Below are positions 15,034 through 30,702 of a stretch of DNA of 64,000 bases, piece after piece. The DNA is from Octopus vulgaris. Taxonomy: Eukaryota. The notes beneath the pieces are model-generated. The model had not been told where the DNA came from. It searched no databases and saw nothing but the letters and a program-made list of their open reading frames with translations. Where the stretch lies: contig OX597821.1 of the NCBI GenBank assembly GCA_951406725.2, positions 64,542,001 to 64,606,000 of the forward strand. Direction: 5' to 3'. The position numbers and the translations under genes were made by a program. Position 1 is the first letter of the stretch. Every line of letters begins with the position of its first letter.

Positions 15034-15531
15034 GAGTGAGAGAGCACTTCATGCCAACAAGTGACACTGGGGTAAAATATACCCATCATGACTACCCGTC
15101 TGATAAGGATACACCAGGCACATGCATCACAAACATATGTGCGCGACATGGTGATCTCATATCAAGATAAATAGTACATGACCTTGCAGGTGGGGCCCAG
15201 TTAGAATTTTCTTCAGGTTGAGTAGCTCATCCCGCTCAAAAGGTCCCTGAATAAGGGTTGTTTAAGGATGTTGAAAGAACCACCCATGTTTCCAGAGGTG
15301 AATTATTCAAACCCCAAAGAATCCATCTCAACACATGGCTATGATGCTCCCCCACTACTTCTGCTCGTGATCAGAGATGCACATATCGTCAGCCACTAAG
15401 GCACATGCTCAACTGGTTAAGGTCAAACAACTGACAAGCAAATCTGTGGTATTGAGCAGAATGTTTGCTATAGCCCATCTTTTACACCAAGACAAAACAA
15501 TGTACATGATAACACTTCCAATCAGTTAAGA
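15034..15531. mobile_element. unclassified repeat X, second copy
   Basis: Colinear with 12884-13441; flanked on both sides by (TTA)n. Confidence 0.8.
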
Positions 15532-15541
15532 TTTATTATTA

Positions 15542-15580
<39 letters not shown>

Positions 15581-18500
15581 CAGTAGTTTTATTTTTGTAG
15601 CGTGCTTTCACTTCACTACCGAGCGCAGCTCTGTGTGCCTTGGGTATGTGCTGTGATTTGTTGTGTTGCTCTGATGGTTACTGTATTGAAAGTGTTCTGC
15701 GTAGGATGTGTACGGTGCCTAGTAGTGCAATTTTCTGTATGTTATATGTGTGTGTAAGTCCTTGTATTTTTGTTATGTATTTGTCTGAATATTTTCTATC
15801 GTGCCTAATGCACATACTATGATAGGAATTGTTTCTGTTTTTAGAATCCACATTCTGGTTACCTCTATTTCCAGGTCTTTGTATTTTGAAAGTTTCTCCA
15901 TTTCTTTTAGAGGCATGTTGTCATCTGCTGGTATTGATACATCAATTAGAAAGCATTTTCATGATCTCTGACAACTATATCTGGACTGTTGGCTTTAATT
16001 TCTCTATCTGTGTGTATCGGCATATCCCAGAGTATGGTTGCTTTCTCGTTTTCTGTGACCTTTTCTGGTGTGTGACTATACCATCTTTTTTCTGTTGTTA
16101 TTCCATAATGTTGGCATAGCTTCCAGTGCATGTAGGTCGCAAGTCTGTCGTGTCTGTGAATATATTCCTTCTTAGCCAGGACTGGGCAACCAGAGATAAT
16201 ATGATTTGTTTCTTGTCCATCTCGACATATTCTGCAGTTACTTGTTATATTTCTTTTCATTATATGTTTCTGGTGGGGAGGCTTTGGTCTTGTGATGCAA
16301 TTAAAAATCCCTCTGTCATTGCTTTGAGTCCTGAGCTTCTCAACCATTGCTAGGATTTTTCTTTGTCTATTTCTTTTGCATTTAGCTTCGTGTAGTATTT
16401 GCCACGAAGGGCTTTTCTTGCCATCGTTTTATCATGGTCCGTTGCTGTTCTAGTTTTAGTTTGGATTTAATTTGTTTTATAGCTTTTGCTGTTTCTTCAT
16501 ATTTTCTTCTTTTTCTTCATATTTGTTAGGTGGTATGATTTCTTGTTTGTACTTTTCAGCTTCCTTAAATACTGAGAACAGTTTTTTGTTTTGCTCGTGT
16601 TTTGCCGCTATCTGGATCAGTTTTCCTTCCTTCTGAAGTAGATATTTTTGCAGTCCTATGGTGGTTATTTTATAGTAGTTTTCCAGCTGTATAAGGCCTC
16701 TACCACCTTCTATACGTTGTATATATAGTCTTTCTATGTCAGATTTTGGGTGATGCATCCTAGATCCTGTCATTATTTTTCTTGTTTTCCTATCTATTTT
16801 GGTCAGTTCATTTCGTGTCCAGTTAAGGATATTGTAGCTGTAACTTATAACTGGGACAGCTAAAGTGTTGATACCTATTATCTTGTTTTTGACATTGAGC
16901 TCTGTTTTTAGTATTGTATTCTTTCTTTATTTTCTCTTTCATTTGTGTGTTTGTTGTGTCTTATCTAGTTCATGGATTCCTAAATATTTGTAAGTTTGGC
17001 TTTGGTCTCATTCTCTTATTCCATTTATTCTTATTTCATTCTCTTATTTCTCTTATTTCATTGGCTTTATCTAGTGTGATGTTGCTAATCTTAACTAGTT
17101 TTCCTCTTTCCAGGGTTACTTTGGCGCATTTTCTAATCCAAATTTCATATCTATTTCTTTGGTGAATCCATGAACTGTCTTTAGTAGTGTTTCCAACTGT
17201 TTGTCCTTTGCAGCGTATAGTTTTAGGTCATCCATATATAGAAGGTGGCTGATCGTTTTGCCGAAACATTTATATCCACATCCAGTTCTATTTAGCATAT
17301 CAGATAGAGGTGACAGTGCAAAGCAGAAAAGGAGTGGAGAGAGCGTGTTTCCCTGGAATATTCCTCTTCTAATGGGGATGGCTTTGGTTTTCACGAGTCT
17401 CTCTTTTGTTTGGAGCTGTAGCACTGTCTGCCATTTATTCATAGAGTGTCCTATGTATTTTATAATTGTTGGTGCTACTCTGTTAATGGCTAGTGTTTCG
17501 TGGATCCATGTGTGGGGTATGCTATCAAACGCCTTTCTGTAGTGGATCCAGGCCATACTGAGGCCTATCTTCTTTCTGTGGCTGACTTCAGTTATGGCTT
17601 TATTGATCATTAGTTGATCTTTACAGCCATATGAGCCTTTGCGGCATCCTTTCTGCTCTTCTGGAAACAGGTTGTTTTCGTCCAGGTGTTTGTTCAATCT
17701 TTGTGATATTACTGCAGTGAATGCTTTGTACATTGTAGGGAGAGAGGTTATTGGTCTGTAGTTTTCTGGCTTTGCTGTCTCATTGGATTTGGGAATTAGG
17801 ATGGTTTTCCCCTTCGTGAGCCATTCAGGCATTGTCTCTGGTTCTGCCAGTATATTGTTAAAGCTTTCAGCCAGCTTTTTGTGCATTCCGGTCAGATATT
17901 TCAACCAGAAGTTGGGGATCTTGTCATGCCCAGGTGCCTTCCAGTTGCTTAGTCTTTGCAGTGCCTGGGTGACCTCTTCAGTTGTTATGGGGGTCCAAAG
18001 TTGCTCAGATGCTACGTTTGTTGTTTTAATACGTCTTTTGTTTTTGGTTGTTCACTCGCCGACCACATTTCTTTCTAGAATTCTTCCACTTCTGCTGCCG
18101 TTGGTGCTGCCGTGATGTCTATTTTATTTTTGCCAAGTTCTTGGTAGAACTTTTTGGAGTTGTATTTGAACTCTTTGTTTTGTTCAAAGAAACGTTGGCG
18201 TTTCTCATACCGGCGGATCCTTTGTGATTTGGCAAGAATATCTTGCTTTAGCTTTTCTTTTATCTCAGGTAAATCTTTTTCTGTAATGTTGTATTTGCAC
18301 AGTATTTTTGTTTTCTTTTTGTTGCTTAGTAGCGTTGATTGTCTACTGATATCATTAAGAATCGACAGATCTTTTCTCATTTTTCGTTTATTTTTTGTTA
18401 TGTTATTTATCCACAGGGTTTCTTTGGGCGGTGGTACTCCTGTTTGAATGGGTTTGAGGGAGTATCCAGCTTCTTTTGTGGCTGTAGTGGCTGCTGCATA

Positions 18501-18830
18501 TACTAAGTCATTTAGCTCACTGATATTGCTATTTGTTTCAATGGCTATTAGTTCCGTGACGGCTAGATTTATGCTATTTATAATTGATGCTGTTTTTTTG
18601 TCTATTTTCATTTTTGGGATGTATGGTCGGTGGTCCATTTAGAGATCTGTGGTTTTCAGTTCTTTGATTATTCTACTTTTTATAGTATCATAATCATTTG
18701 GCTCCCCTTCGTTGTTTCCAGGTTTTAAATTTGTGGCTCTTTCTTTCTCATTCGTATGTTTGTCTGTCGTGCTTTGGCTTGCTGCTTGTCGTGCATTATT
18801 ATGCATCCTTACAGTCTGGGTTTGTTGTTT
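15581..18830 (-). mobile_element. near full-length decayed R4/Dong-clade non-LTR retrotransposon (RT + CCHC + RLE)
   Basis: RT motifs ENYRPITSLPTMYK, EQKGCRKGSYGCKDQL, AWIHYRKAFDSIPH, GIFQGNTLSPLLF, HLLYMDDLKLYA. N-terminal ELNDLVYAAA..WINNI..IRRYEKRQ. 3' part nearly identical to 13557-14916. Multiple frameshifts and stops. Confidence 0.93.
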
Positions 18831-18833
18831 TTA

Positions 18834-18903
<70 letters not shown>

Positions 18904-18953
18904 CATCATCATCATCATCATCATCATCATAATTATCATCATCATCACCATCA

Positions 18954-19024
<71 letters not shown>

Positions 19025-19028
19025 TTTA

Positions 19029-19104
<76 letters not shown>

Positions 19105-19110
19105 TTATTT
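18831..19110. repeat. compound (TAT)n/(CAT)n microsatellite
   Basis: Directly visible. Confidence 0.95.
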
Positions 19111-19644
19111 TTGGTTGCTATTTTTCCGGATATAATTGTTTCTTGATGTTTTAAACCGAGTGATTGATTTGTTCCTTTTTATATTCGTTTGTTTGAAGCC
19201 GCTTTGTTTTTGTTTGGAGCGACGTTGCTCGTGACATGTGTTTTTCAATTATTTTATCTGTGTGTACGTGTGTCGTGTAAGTATTATTTATGTTACTTAT
19301 AAGTATTAATATGTGCACATGGAGGTATGGACTGTTGCATGTATAGGTAATTATTCACTTTACGTACTTATTGTGTAATTAGTGTGATTTTTCCAGGGTT
19401 CCTGGTGCTAGTTTCGACGTCTTGCGTATGTCACATTGAGATATAACGCATTTAAGAAAGAGAGTACACTTTATGTAACAAAAATCTTTCCGATTTTCTA
19501 GTTCCTTTGCTTTAACAGGACTTTTCTCATAGTTGCATCGCCAAGTTTTCCTTCCATTGCACCAATGTTAGTGGGTTAAGTTTGTTTTGTGGAGAGAGCT
19601 TCTTTGAGTACATCCATGTTTTTATTTAGCCTGGAACCAAATAA

Positions 19645-20456
<812 letters not shown>

Positions 20457-20668
20457 ATCGTTGGCGGTTGTTTTCCTCCGTCTTCCTTTTCTCTTGGACT
20501 TTCCTCTGTCTTCTGTTTCTGAAGAAGAGCTTTGCTCAAAACGTAAAACTACCTTTCTTTCTTTCACTGGGCGTCTTATCAATAATTTGCAGTTACCACG
20601 TGCTTGTGTTGTTGTTTTTTTCTTCCGTTCTTTCTTCGCTTTTTGAATTAACTATGAGTGAGTGAATG

Positions 20669-20717
<49 letters not shown>

Positions 20718-21037
20718 CAAATGATGCGGACTGCCCTCCATCAGATTTCCAGACCTAGCGTTTCCGGCTCTTTAGCATTCCTCAATGGGAACTACCGGAG
20801 TGAGGTAACTCTGCCCAGAAATAAAGCTATAGCTTTCACTAAAAATCTGTGAACATTGACAGAATAACGCTATTGGACCGCCCAGCAGCATTGATGCCAT
20901 GCAGTGATTGGGCATAAGCCAACTTTAGTTAGTGTAAAATATGTATGCGTTTGTATATGTGCATGTATATAAAAGGCTAGAATTAAAGGAGTATGTGATT
21001 CTGTACCATCGCGAACTTTAGTTAGTGTAAAATATGT

Positions 21038-21550
21038 TGTGACCCCTTTCGGTCATGAATGACCATGGGATTGCACCTAGAAAGTTACCCTCCGAGGCAC
21101 AAGTCCGGGAAAGGTTGTTTATGGAAGACCAGCAGTCGCCCATGCATACCAGCCTCCTCTCTCCATATCACTGATGTTATTCAAGTGAAAGGCAAAGGCC
21201 GATACAGCTTGGCACCAGTGAGGTCGCAGCCCATTTATTAACGTGAAAGTGGCAGAACAATCCACAGACACGTGTACCCTTAAAGTAGTTCTCGGAGAGA
21301 TTCAGCGTGGCACAGAATGTGACAAGGCTGCCCCTTTGAAATACAGGTACAACAGAAACAGGAAGAAAGAGTGAGAGAAAGTTGTGGTGAAAGAGTGCAG
21401 CAGGGTTCACCACCTACCCCTGCCGGAGCCTTGTGGAGGATTAAGTGTTTTTCGCTCAATAAACACTCACAATGCCCGGTGTGGAAATGGAATCCGCCAT
21501 CCTACGACCGCGAGTCTGCTGCCCTAACTACTGGGCCATTGCGCCTCCAC
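21038..21550 (-). mobile_element. tRNA-derived SINE, family C, with 12-bp target-site duplication
   Basis: Minus head GTGGAGGCGCAATGGCCCAGTAGTTAGGGCAGCAGACTCGCGG (A box). TGTAAAATATGT at 21026-21037 and 21553-21564. Confidence 0.8.
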
Positions 21551-22930
21551 TTTGTAAAATATGTCTGTGTATGTATATGTGCATGTATATATAAGGCTAG
21601 AATTCAAGGAGTATGTGATTCTATACCATCCACTTTTGAATAGAAATCTCTATGCTGGCATTGAGTCAACAGGTGAGTTGAATTAGACTTGACTTAGCTT
21701 AGAAGCCTCTGCCCAGAAGATAAATGAGATATGTAAAATAAGAGGCATATGTGCATTAACAAGCAATGAAAAACATAGGCATATATATATACAAATGTAT
21801 TCATAAATATCGTTGAAGGCAAGAGAACAAGAACCTGTATGTGGTTTCTCGACTTGCTAAAAGTAGCAACCAAACGTTCGTCTCTTCACATCTTTCTTGT
21901 CTTAAAAATAGTACTTTCGTTAAAAAAAAAAAAGTCATGGGTATATATCATGCCTGGAAGAAATAAACAACAACAAAAGCAACAACAACAATAACAACAT
22001 CAACAACAACAACAACAGTGGCCAAAATATTGGATGATTATGGTCGGAATACTTTTTATCACATGTCTACTCGATTAGAGCCGGTTTGAGTCTAAGCAAC
22101 AATAACAACAGCAACAACAACATCTACAACAACCAAAACAACAACAACCGCAAAAACCTCACATAAACACACCTACACAAACAATACATTAACACATATT
22201 TATCTATATCATTATATATTTATATACTTTGTGTTTATCTATCCATAAATATATAGAACTTAATTCAGCTTTCATTCCCATATTATCTTTGTTTTGTTTT
22301 GTTTTTGTTTTGTTTTTGTTTTGTTTTTTTTGTGTGCTTAGCTTTTCTGTTATCGGTTTAAAATGTTGGTTTAGTTTGTTTTAAATTATTTATATTCTTA
22401 CGTTTTTATTACTTGTTGTTTTTTTTATATTTATTTTCATCGATTTAGTTTTTGTTAAGCTGTTCAGTAATTCCCTCCATATTTTCCCTCTTTGAACAGT
22501 ACATTTCTGTTGTAATGTTAATATAATTAATTCATAGTTGCCGTTCGTACATCTATTGTCTAGCGCCACAGGTTTTATGACACGATTTCAGTCACAGTTC
22601 GATAGTTCAGCTTTATTTATGTTTGATCTCAGTGTTGTCAAGCCGTTTCCATGAAATATACCAAAATGATTGAAGTTCTCTCACACCGCCATCCCTCATT
22701 CTCTATGATACATATATACGTAAACACACACACACATACACACACACACAACCTAGGCGCACACACTCACACACACTTGGAAATGCAGCTATACAGGCAA
22801 ATTTCTCTCTTTCTCCTCTATCATTTTGTCCTGTGTCTGTCTCTCAGCTCATATCTCCATCATTCTCTATCATTCTCCTTCAATTTAAACTCCGTATCTG
22901 ATTCCGTCACTCTCTCGTCCCCCATCTCTG

Positions 22931-22979
<49 letters not shown>

Positions 22980-23514
22980 GTCACTATTTCATATTTTTTA
23001 ATCTGTCTCTGCCTCCCATTTTTTTCATTCTCTAATTCCGTGTTAGTCTGTTTTAATTTACTTCTCTTTCCATTTGACACCTTCTCCCTTCCCTCTCCTC
23101 GCCCCCTCGTCTTTCTCTCTGTCCTTGTACTCCACTCCTTATTATATCTGATTCTCCCCCTTCTCTCTCTCCTCTCTCTTGTCTCTTATTTTCTCATTCC
23201 CTCACCCTACTTCTCTTTGTCGATCTTCCTCTGATTATGAAGGCAACCATTATAACTAGATTGACAGCCCGTGTGGGAAATTCTTCTGTGACCCGTGATG
23301 AAGTAGTTCTGGGTTAAAATCTGAAACAATATGCTTGATGAATATCGGTTTTGACAGCATTATGTTTCCTCACCTAAAGTATAAATGTATGCAAACTACC
23401 CTGGGGTGCACAAACAGGCACACGCACACACATTCATATGTGTAGACGCATAAAATATAAACCTGAAAGCATTCGCATACACTTATACGCATTTTTTACA
23501 TATATGCGCATATG

Positions 23515-24030
<516 letters not shown>

Positions 24031-24230
24031 GACACAGAAAAAGGTTTGTGTGTGTCTGTACGTGTGCGTTTACCATCAGATCTATGTGTCCCAAGTTTTC
24101 TTTCGGCACACACTCATTCCCAAACATATATTCATATACTACAAATATGAAGTATTCAAAAGAAATTTCATATACATCCGTGTTTGTGTGTGTATACATA
24201 AGCATACACACACATACACACACAACTCAC

Positions 24231-24265
<35 letters not shown>

Positions 24266-25519
24266 CACACATACAGATACAGATACATCCATATCCTACC
24301 ACATACATAGACACATATAAATGTGGGGAAGAAATTATTGGCGGTGAGATGGTAGAGAAATGTTTCCACTATAGATTTATGAGTTGCATAGCTTCAAATA
24401 TAACATTAAAATATATTCATGAATTATGTTTGACGATCATAGCATATTTGAATATTTCGGCTAGAATTATGGTTGCGATTCTAAAACGCACAGTTTAGTT
24501 TATTTATCTGTTAGTTAAATATATTTTCTTTATAATAATCTGGTAAAAATAACAAGACAATGAGGATTTTTACTGAGGTGGAACCAGTTTATCGTCATAC
24601 CGTTCTAAAACGGAATACCTTCATATTTAATCGGCAAAAAATGTTCAGCAATATTCTTTGGTAATTGTTGCTGCAGTTTTGTTGTTGGTTATTACGGACA
24701 AATCTTTATCTAGTAGAACTACCCGAAACATTACTGTCAGTTTTCTAAGTATATCCTATCGAAGCCTACACTATTGAATTCTTGCTTTTCTGTAAAGCAC
24801 CATGATGTTTTTTGTATTATATTTGGTTAGTATTTCTAGCAGTGGGAGAGACTACGTCTTGTCTCTCGCATCTTGCATAGTTATTTATGTATTAAAACAC
24901 TCTAACAACATGTATTAAAATCATAATATCAAGTCTGTAAACGCTGATAAACTGCATGTACTATATCATTATTGGACAATATACACAAAAGATTCAAGAA
25001 TATATTGCCATCCTTTATAGCAACAAACATACTGACGCAATAACTGTTGTGCTTTATAACAGACATTCTCTTTCAGTGCCAATAAGGGAAATTATGTAAG
25101 CATATCGTGCATTTGCTAAAGGCATGTGATCTCACTTAACGCTCCTCTTCACGACATTCTATGTGGCTACAGTAAGATAGAAAGAAAATGATACTTTGTA
25201 TGCGTAGATGCAATGATTTGGTGATTCTGCTACTGTTAAAGTGGTTGTTGTTTTAAAGGGATTGGCATTTGATTTCTTTGTACTGTTGATTTGTTTTTCA
25301 TGGTTGGATACGCAAGCGATTGTCTTTAGCCAACAGTGCTTAAGCAACAACACAAGTTGATAAACTCAGTGACAACTACTAACTCCAGGCCACGACAGAC
25401 AAAGAAGATGCTCTTGAAGCCGAGAGTTCTAACTTACGGAGACAATATTTCCATAACGCTTGAGGATGCACAACTAGATCTCATGATGCAGGGAAACGGT
25501 TGCATAATTAAGTACACAG

Positions 25520-25686
25520 ACGACGAGATTCTTCCGGTTTCTGTTCATCAGATCCATTCACAGGGCTTTGATCGTCCGGAGACTAAATGAGAAGACACTT
25601 GCCTAAGATGTCACGTAGTAGTGGGTAGTGGGACTGAATCCACAGCCATGCGGTTAAGAAGCAAACTCCTTACCACACAGACACAT
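25520..25686 (-). mobile_element. old SINE family A 5' half
   Basis: GAAGACACTTGCCTAAG..GGGACTGAATCC..CTTACCACACAG, a diverged match to 52940-53100. Confidence 0.7.
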
Positions 25687-25754
25687 TTTAACAAACTTTC
25701 CACTGAATAAAACATCGAATATACAATACAATTAATGGACTAAGTAAAATAATA

Positions 25755-26210
25755 TTTATTTCTTTATTGCCCACAGGAGGCTAAACATAGAGGGGACAAA
25801 CAACGATCCCAGTGCGTAACTGGTACTTATTTAATAGACCCCTAAAGGATAAAAGGCAAAGTCGACTTCGGCGGAATTTGAACTCAGAAAGTAACGACAG
25901 ACGAAATACCTATTTCTTTATTACCCACAAGGGGCTAAACATAGAGGGAAGAAACAAGGACAGATATAGGTACTAAGTCGATTACATCGACCCCAGTGCG
26001 TAACTGGTATTTAATTTATCGACCCCAAAAGGATGAAAGACAAAGTCGACTTCGGCGGAATTTGAACTCATAACGTAACGGCAGACGAAATACGGCTACG
26101 CATTTCGCCTGGCGTGCTAACGTTTCTGCCAGCTCGCCGCCTTTAACGGCAGACGAAATACCGCTAAACATTTCGCCTGGCGTGTTAATGATTTTGCCAG
26201 CTTGCCGCCC
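25755..26210 (-). mobile_element. tRNA-derived SINE family B, head-to-tail multimer
   Basis: Minus head GGCGGCGAGCTGGCAGAAACGTTAGCACGCC..GAGTTCAAATTCCGCC (A/B boxes). Central CTTTCATCCTTTTGGGGTCGATAAATTAA.TACCAG. Body repeated twice, plus an extra head. Confidence 0.85.
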
Positions 26211-27209
26211 TAAGTAAGAGATTATATAGGATGAAAATATACAAGAGGAAATATATGTCAGATACGACTCAACTGAAAATGCACGAACCACACACACACA
26301 TAGACTGTATAGCGTGAATCAAATGCAAGCTTAGTACGGAATAACAGAACTTTTAATCATAAACATCACGAAACAACACAAAGGTATTATCTCAAAAGAT
26401 AAATTAACGCTAATAATAATAATATACCACGAAAGCACTAAAATTAAAAACTTTCTTTTCTACCACAAACCATGAGCACTTTGTGCAACCTACCAAGAAG
26501 CTACTAATGATCAATGGTGAATAATAGTGAATAATAAATTCGATTGCAAAGGTGAAAGTTGTAAATTGCATGACGCTAACAGACCATAACAGAACGACAT
26601 TCTCTTAGTGTTTCACTATGCTCTTTGACCTCGCTATTCACAAGGTCCATTTCCCATGCACCATACAACACAACACAAAACGTAAAAGAAATTACTATAG
26701 GCCAATGTATCAAATACATAAAATTCCCCACAAGAATAATCGATTAAATATACGAGAAATATTCACTGCAGTGCACAATGCCTCAGTGAACATACAAACA
26801 ACATATATCATTATATAAACTAAATTCATAAATACATAAGCAACTGAGAAAAGACGTATAGAAATGAGGTATAGAAATGACGTTACCGTGAGATATCATT
26901 TCTGGTGGTAATCCTTGCAGTAGTCAAATCGGTCCTTTCTAATATATAATAGTGAACAACCATTGTGACTATCACTTCGACCTGAAAATGAGTCTATGAA
27001 GGTTTCGAAAGGTTATGTAGTGATTTAGCAACTTTACTATTCAGTTCAAACTGCAAAGTAAATTATGCGAAAATATATAAAATGATTCATAAAAGAAGTG
27101 AAATTTAAGCCACAGACACACAGACACACAGACACACACACATACATGATGGCTGTCGATGTTTGTTTGTGTGTATATACATATATACACACACATAAAC
27201 ATATGTATG

Positions 27210-27261
<52 letters not shown>

Positions 27262-27317
27262 CATACATACATATATACATACATACACACAAACACACAA
27301 AAACACACGCACGCACG

Positions 27318-27350
<33 letters not shown>

Positions 27351-27352
<2 letters not shown>

Positions 27353-27400
27353 TAGGTTGTCAAGAAAGATCTTGCGGAATTTTAAATTTTGGTTTTAAAT
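27351..27400 (+). mobile_element. isolated mariner-type terminal inverted repeat
   Basis: TA-TTAGGTTGTCAAGAAAGATCTTGCGGAATTTT after (TA)n resembles mariner TTAGGTTGG..AAG..TTGCGG termini. Partner end not found. Confidence 0.45.
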
Positions 27401-28660
27401 GATGTATTTTCAAATTAATTCTCATTAAATTACTTTGACTTTATATAGCATTTTAAAGCCCAGTTTTCGTTCTACCTAATTGTGCTACTGTTTTTCTTTT
27501 TGAATAATTAGGCCATTGTTTCAGGAACGTTGAGTACAACATGGATAAAAAGAAACTTCGGATCTATGCTCGTGTCGACCGCAAATGAGATAGCCGCCTC
27601 GTTGTCGTTCACAAAACTTAAAATTTTAGATCCAAGAAGACTTTCACAGAACCTCCTAGACCTCTCCACTCTATTTACATCATCTGGAGACAAGCTAGAG
27701 CAAGGTATCTCGGGCTAACATAGGCTGCAGGCTCAGGAATATAAGAGCGCCATAGCCCCAATCGTAAGTAAAACATATCCCAAATGTTCAATGCTATTCA
27801 ATGTATATCTGGTTTTATATCATAGCGACCTTCCCCTAGAGACATGCTTTAACAAAAGCTAAGGGGTGCTTCTCAGTCAGTGGTCTTCCAGCACGCCAGA
27901 CACCGACACATTATTTCCAAGAGCGGTTCGCGATATTGCTAAATAGTCATTAAGCATATACACGGTAAATGTGCCCTTTTGACAGGTCTAGTGCTTAGTC
28001 CTGCTGGTTTTCTAGCAACAGTCCTCACAAGCTAAGCCTTGTAGTGGTGCAGATTTAGTCGCCGACGACCCAGTCATGCAACAGGATACGGTGGATTCTA
28101 CGCTTTAGCAGCGGCCGGAAATCCTTCCATCCATCCATATATATATATATATGGAGATTTTCGGATCATGTTTGCATTTTGGAATATTCCTGCTAGCGGT
28201 TTGGTATCCGCAAGGTGACGGCACAACCGGAAGCCGATTGCCAAGGCTGAAGGAAGAACATCTTTTACCTTCGTGATTTTTGATGACCGCAAGATGGCGG
28301 CGTGGCCGAACTCGATGGACAATGCAAAGGGAGATAATCGCCTGTTGTTTATTTTCCCAGCGAAGCATTTCGTCCTCCATATTTTGAAGAGGTCTCAGGC
28401 TAATAGATTTAAGGTTTGACAATACGCCGTAGGGCGAAACGCCTTATAGACGGGAAACCCAGGATAACCCCATAAACCGGCCTCCCCCATTATAATTTAT
28501 ATCCACATATGATGTTTATATGAATTTATATTTGAAAATAGGGAAACAGATTCTTTTTGAGATTTGAACTCTATATGATTACAACAGCAGTTCTCTAGTC
28601 CTGCCGCATTTTATGAAGCATTTTCATATTTTCATATGCGTCCCTTCCTGTTTGTGTAGA

Positions 28661-28664
<4 letters not shown>

Positions 28665-28730
<66 letters not shown>
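28665..28730. repeat. (GT)n microsatellite
   Basis: Directly visible. Confidence 0.97.
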
Positions 28731-28731
<1 letters not shown>

Positions 28732-29693
28732 GTGTTGCTGTATAGGTGTTTGTGAATACTTTATTTGCTAGAAATATTCTACCTCTGATAAAAGGCCATG
28801 TAACATCATAGACATCTTCCCTATATATATATGTATATATATATATATATAGAGAGAGAGAGGAGAGACGAGGAGAGGGAGAGAGAGGGGAGAGCGATTA
28901 TTGTTTGTTTTTACGTGAAATTATATATAAAGCAATATAACATTAAACTAAAGGTTTAATACCTAAACATGTGTATGTATATATGTATATATATATACAC
29001 ACATATGTCTGTATGTGTATGTGTATATGTAGAATGTTAATAATAATTTCTAAGTCTTGAATATAGAATGTATTTGCATTAGTATAGGGTTCTGCAAACT
29101 CAGTATTATATTATAAATACATCATGTATTAGATTTGCTTGCACACGTCCCAGATTTGGCTATGAAAGCTTTCCTAGCATATAATCTGTTATTCGGTGTG
29201 TTATCTTACCGTTAACTTGTGTTTATATCTTGCACAACTATTTTATCACTTGCCAACTGTATAAATGACAAACAATAAAATATATATTCTTGGCAAGCTG
29301 AAAAATTCTCTCTTGTAGCATTGTTGTAAATTTTTGATTTGATTTAACATCGTTTTGGGGGAACGATAAAGTTAAATACACACTTTGAAATATTTTATAA
29401 TCGACATAATTCTTGATTTTGTTAAAATAACAATAAAAATGTCCTAGTGACGCACAAAAGTTCGATATACATAAAACTGTATCGAAATGAACTTAAGCGT
29501 AAAATTATTCATAACGACACATAAACACGTAAAACACAAACAAAGCACATCCACAAACATGAATAAAAGCATTTTCATAAACATATACATACACAAACAT
29601 ACAATGATGATACGCATTGATGTGCGCATACCAGAAACAACATTAGACTCTCACGCAAAGTATAACCCATATATGTATGTGTGCTTTCATACA

Positions 29694-29754
<61 letters not shown>

Positions 29755-30134
29755 AGGAACAGAGAGAGAGAGAGAAAGAGAGATGAACTATATATATGAA
29801 AAAATATCCATAACTACCTATCTATTTCCTATCCCTCTCAGGTTCTATATATAGTATGCATACATTGTGTGCGTGTATATATATATGTATACACACACAC
29901 ATATATATATACATATATATATATACATATATATGCATATATATATATATACATATATTTGCAATATATTTACATAGAAACTATTTATAGATATAGCTAT
30001 ACGTATATATACATGAATATATATATCATATGTATATGTATACATATATATTTATAAATAAATATATATATATATACGTTTAATACACACACACGCATAT
30101 AATACACATACACAGAAACACTGTATCTATATAT

Positions 30135-30185
<51 letters not shown>

Positions 30186-30300
30186 TACATGCAAATATAT
30201 ATGTCATATGTATATATGTATATACATACATACATGCATATATATCTTTATCTCTCTCTATATATATATACAAAGATGTATTTATATTTATATATTATAC

Positions 30301-30343
<43 letters not shown>

Positions 30344-30460
30344 TATATACGTATGAGATATGTATACGTACGTGTATATATACATATATACATATATATA
30401 TATATACATATATACATACATATATATATATATATATAAATATATACACATATATATACA

Positions 30461-30702
30461 CTTCGTTTTTTTCTGTTTGGTTAGCTAGATTCTCTATGTG
30501 AGTTCGCGTGTTGAAGCATATTTTGTTGTGTCGGGGAGAGTCATTCTCTTTTTGTGTCTTAATATTTAACACACTCACCGGTAAAGTTTTCACTCATTTA
30601 CTTATTTAATTTTCGTTGCGTCTTGCAACCTTTTCAATAGTCAAATTTTAGGAAAAATAAATAAATAAATGGGTGGAAACTTTACCGGTGAGTGTGTTAA
30701 AT
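30461..30702. mobile_element. short PLE-like repeat with internal inversion; related copy at 44480-44610
   Basis: TATTTAACACACTCACCGGTAAAGTTT (~30562) is mirrored by AAACTTTACCGGTGAGTGTGTTAAATA (~30677). Shares GAAAAGGTTGCAAGACGCAACGAAAATT with 44496-44523. Confidence 0.65.
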
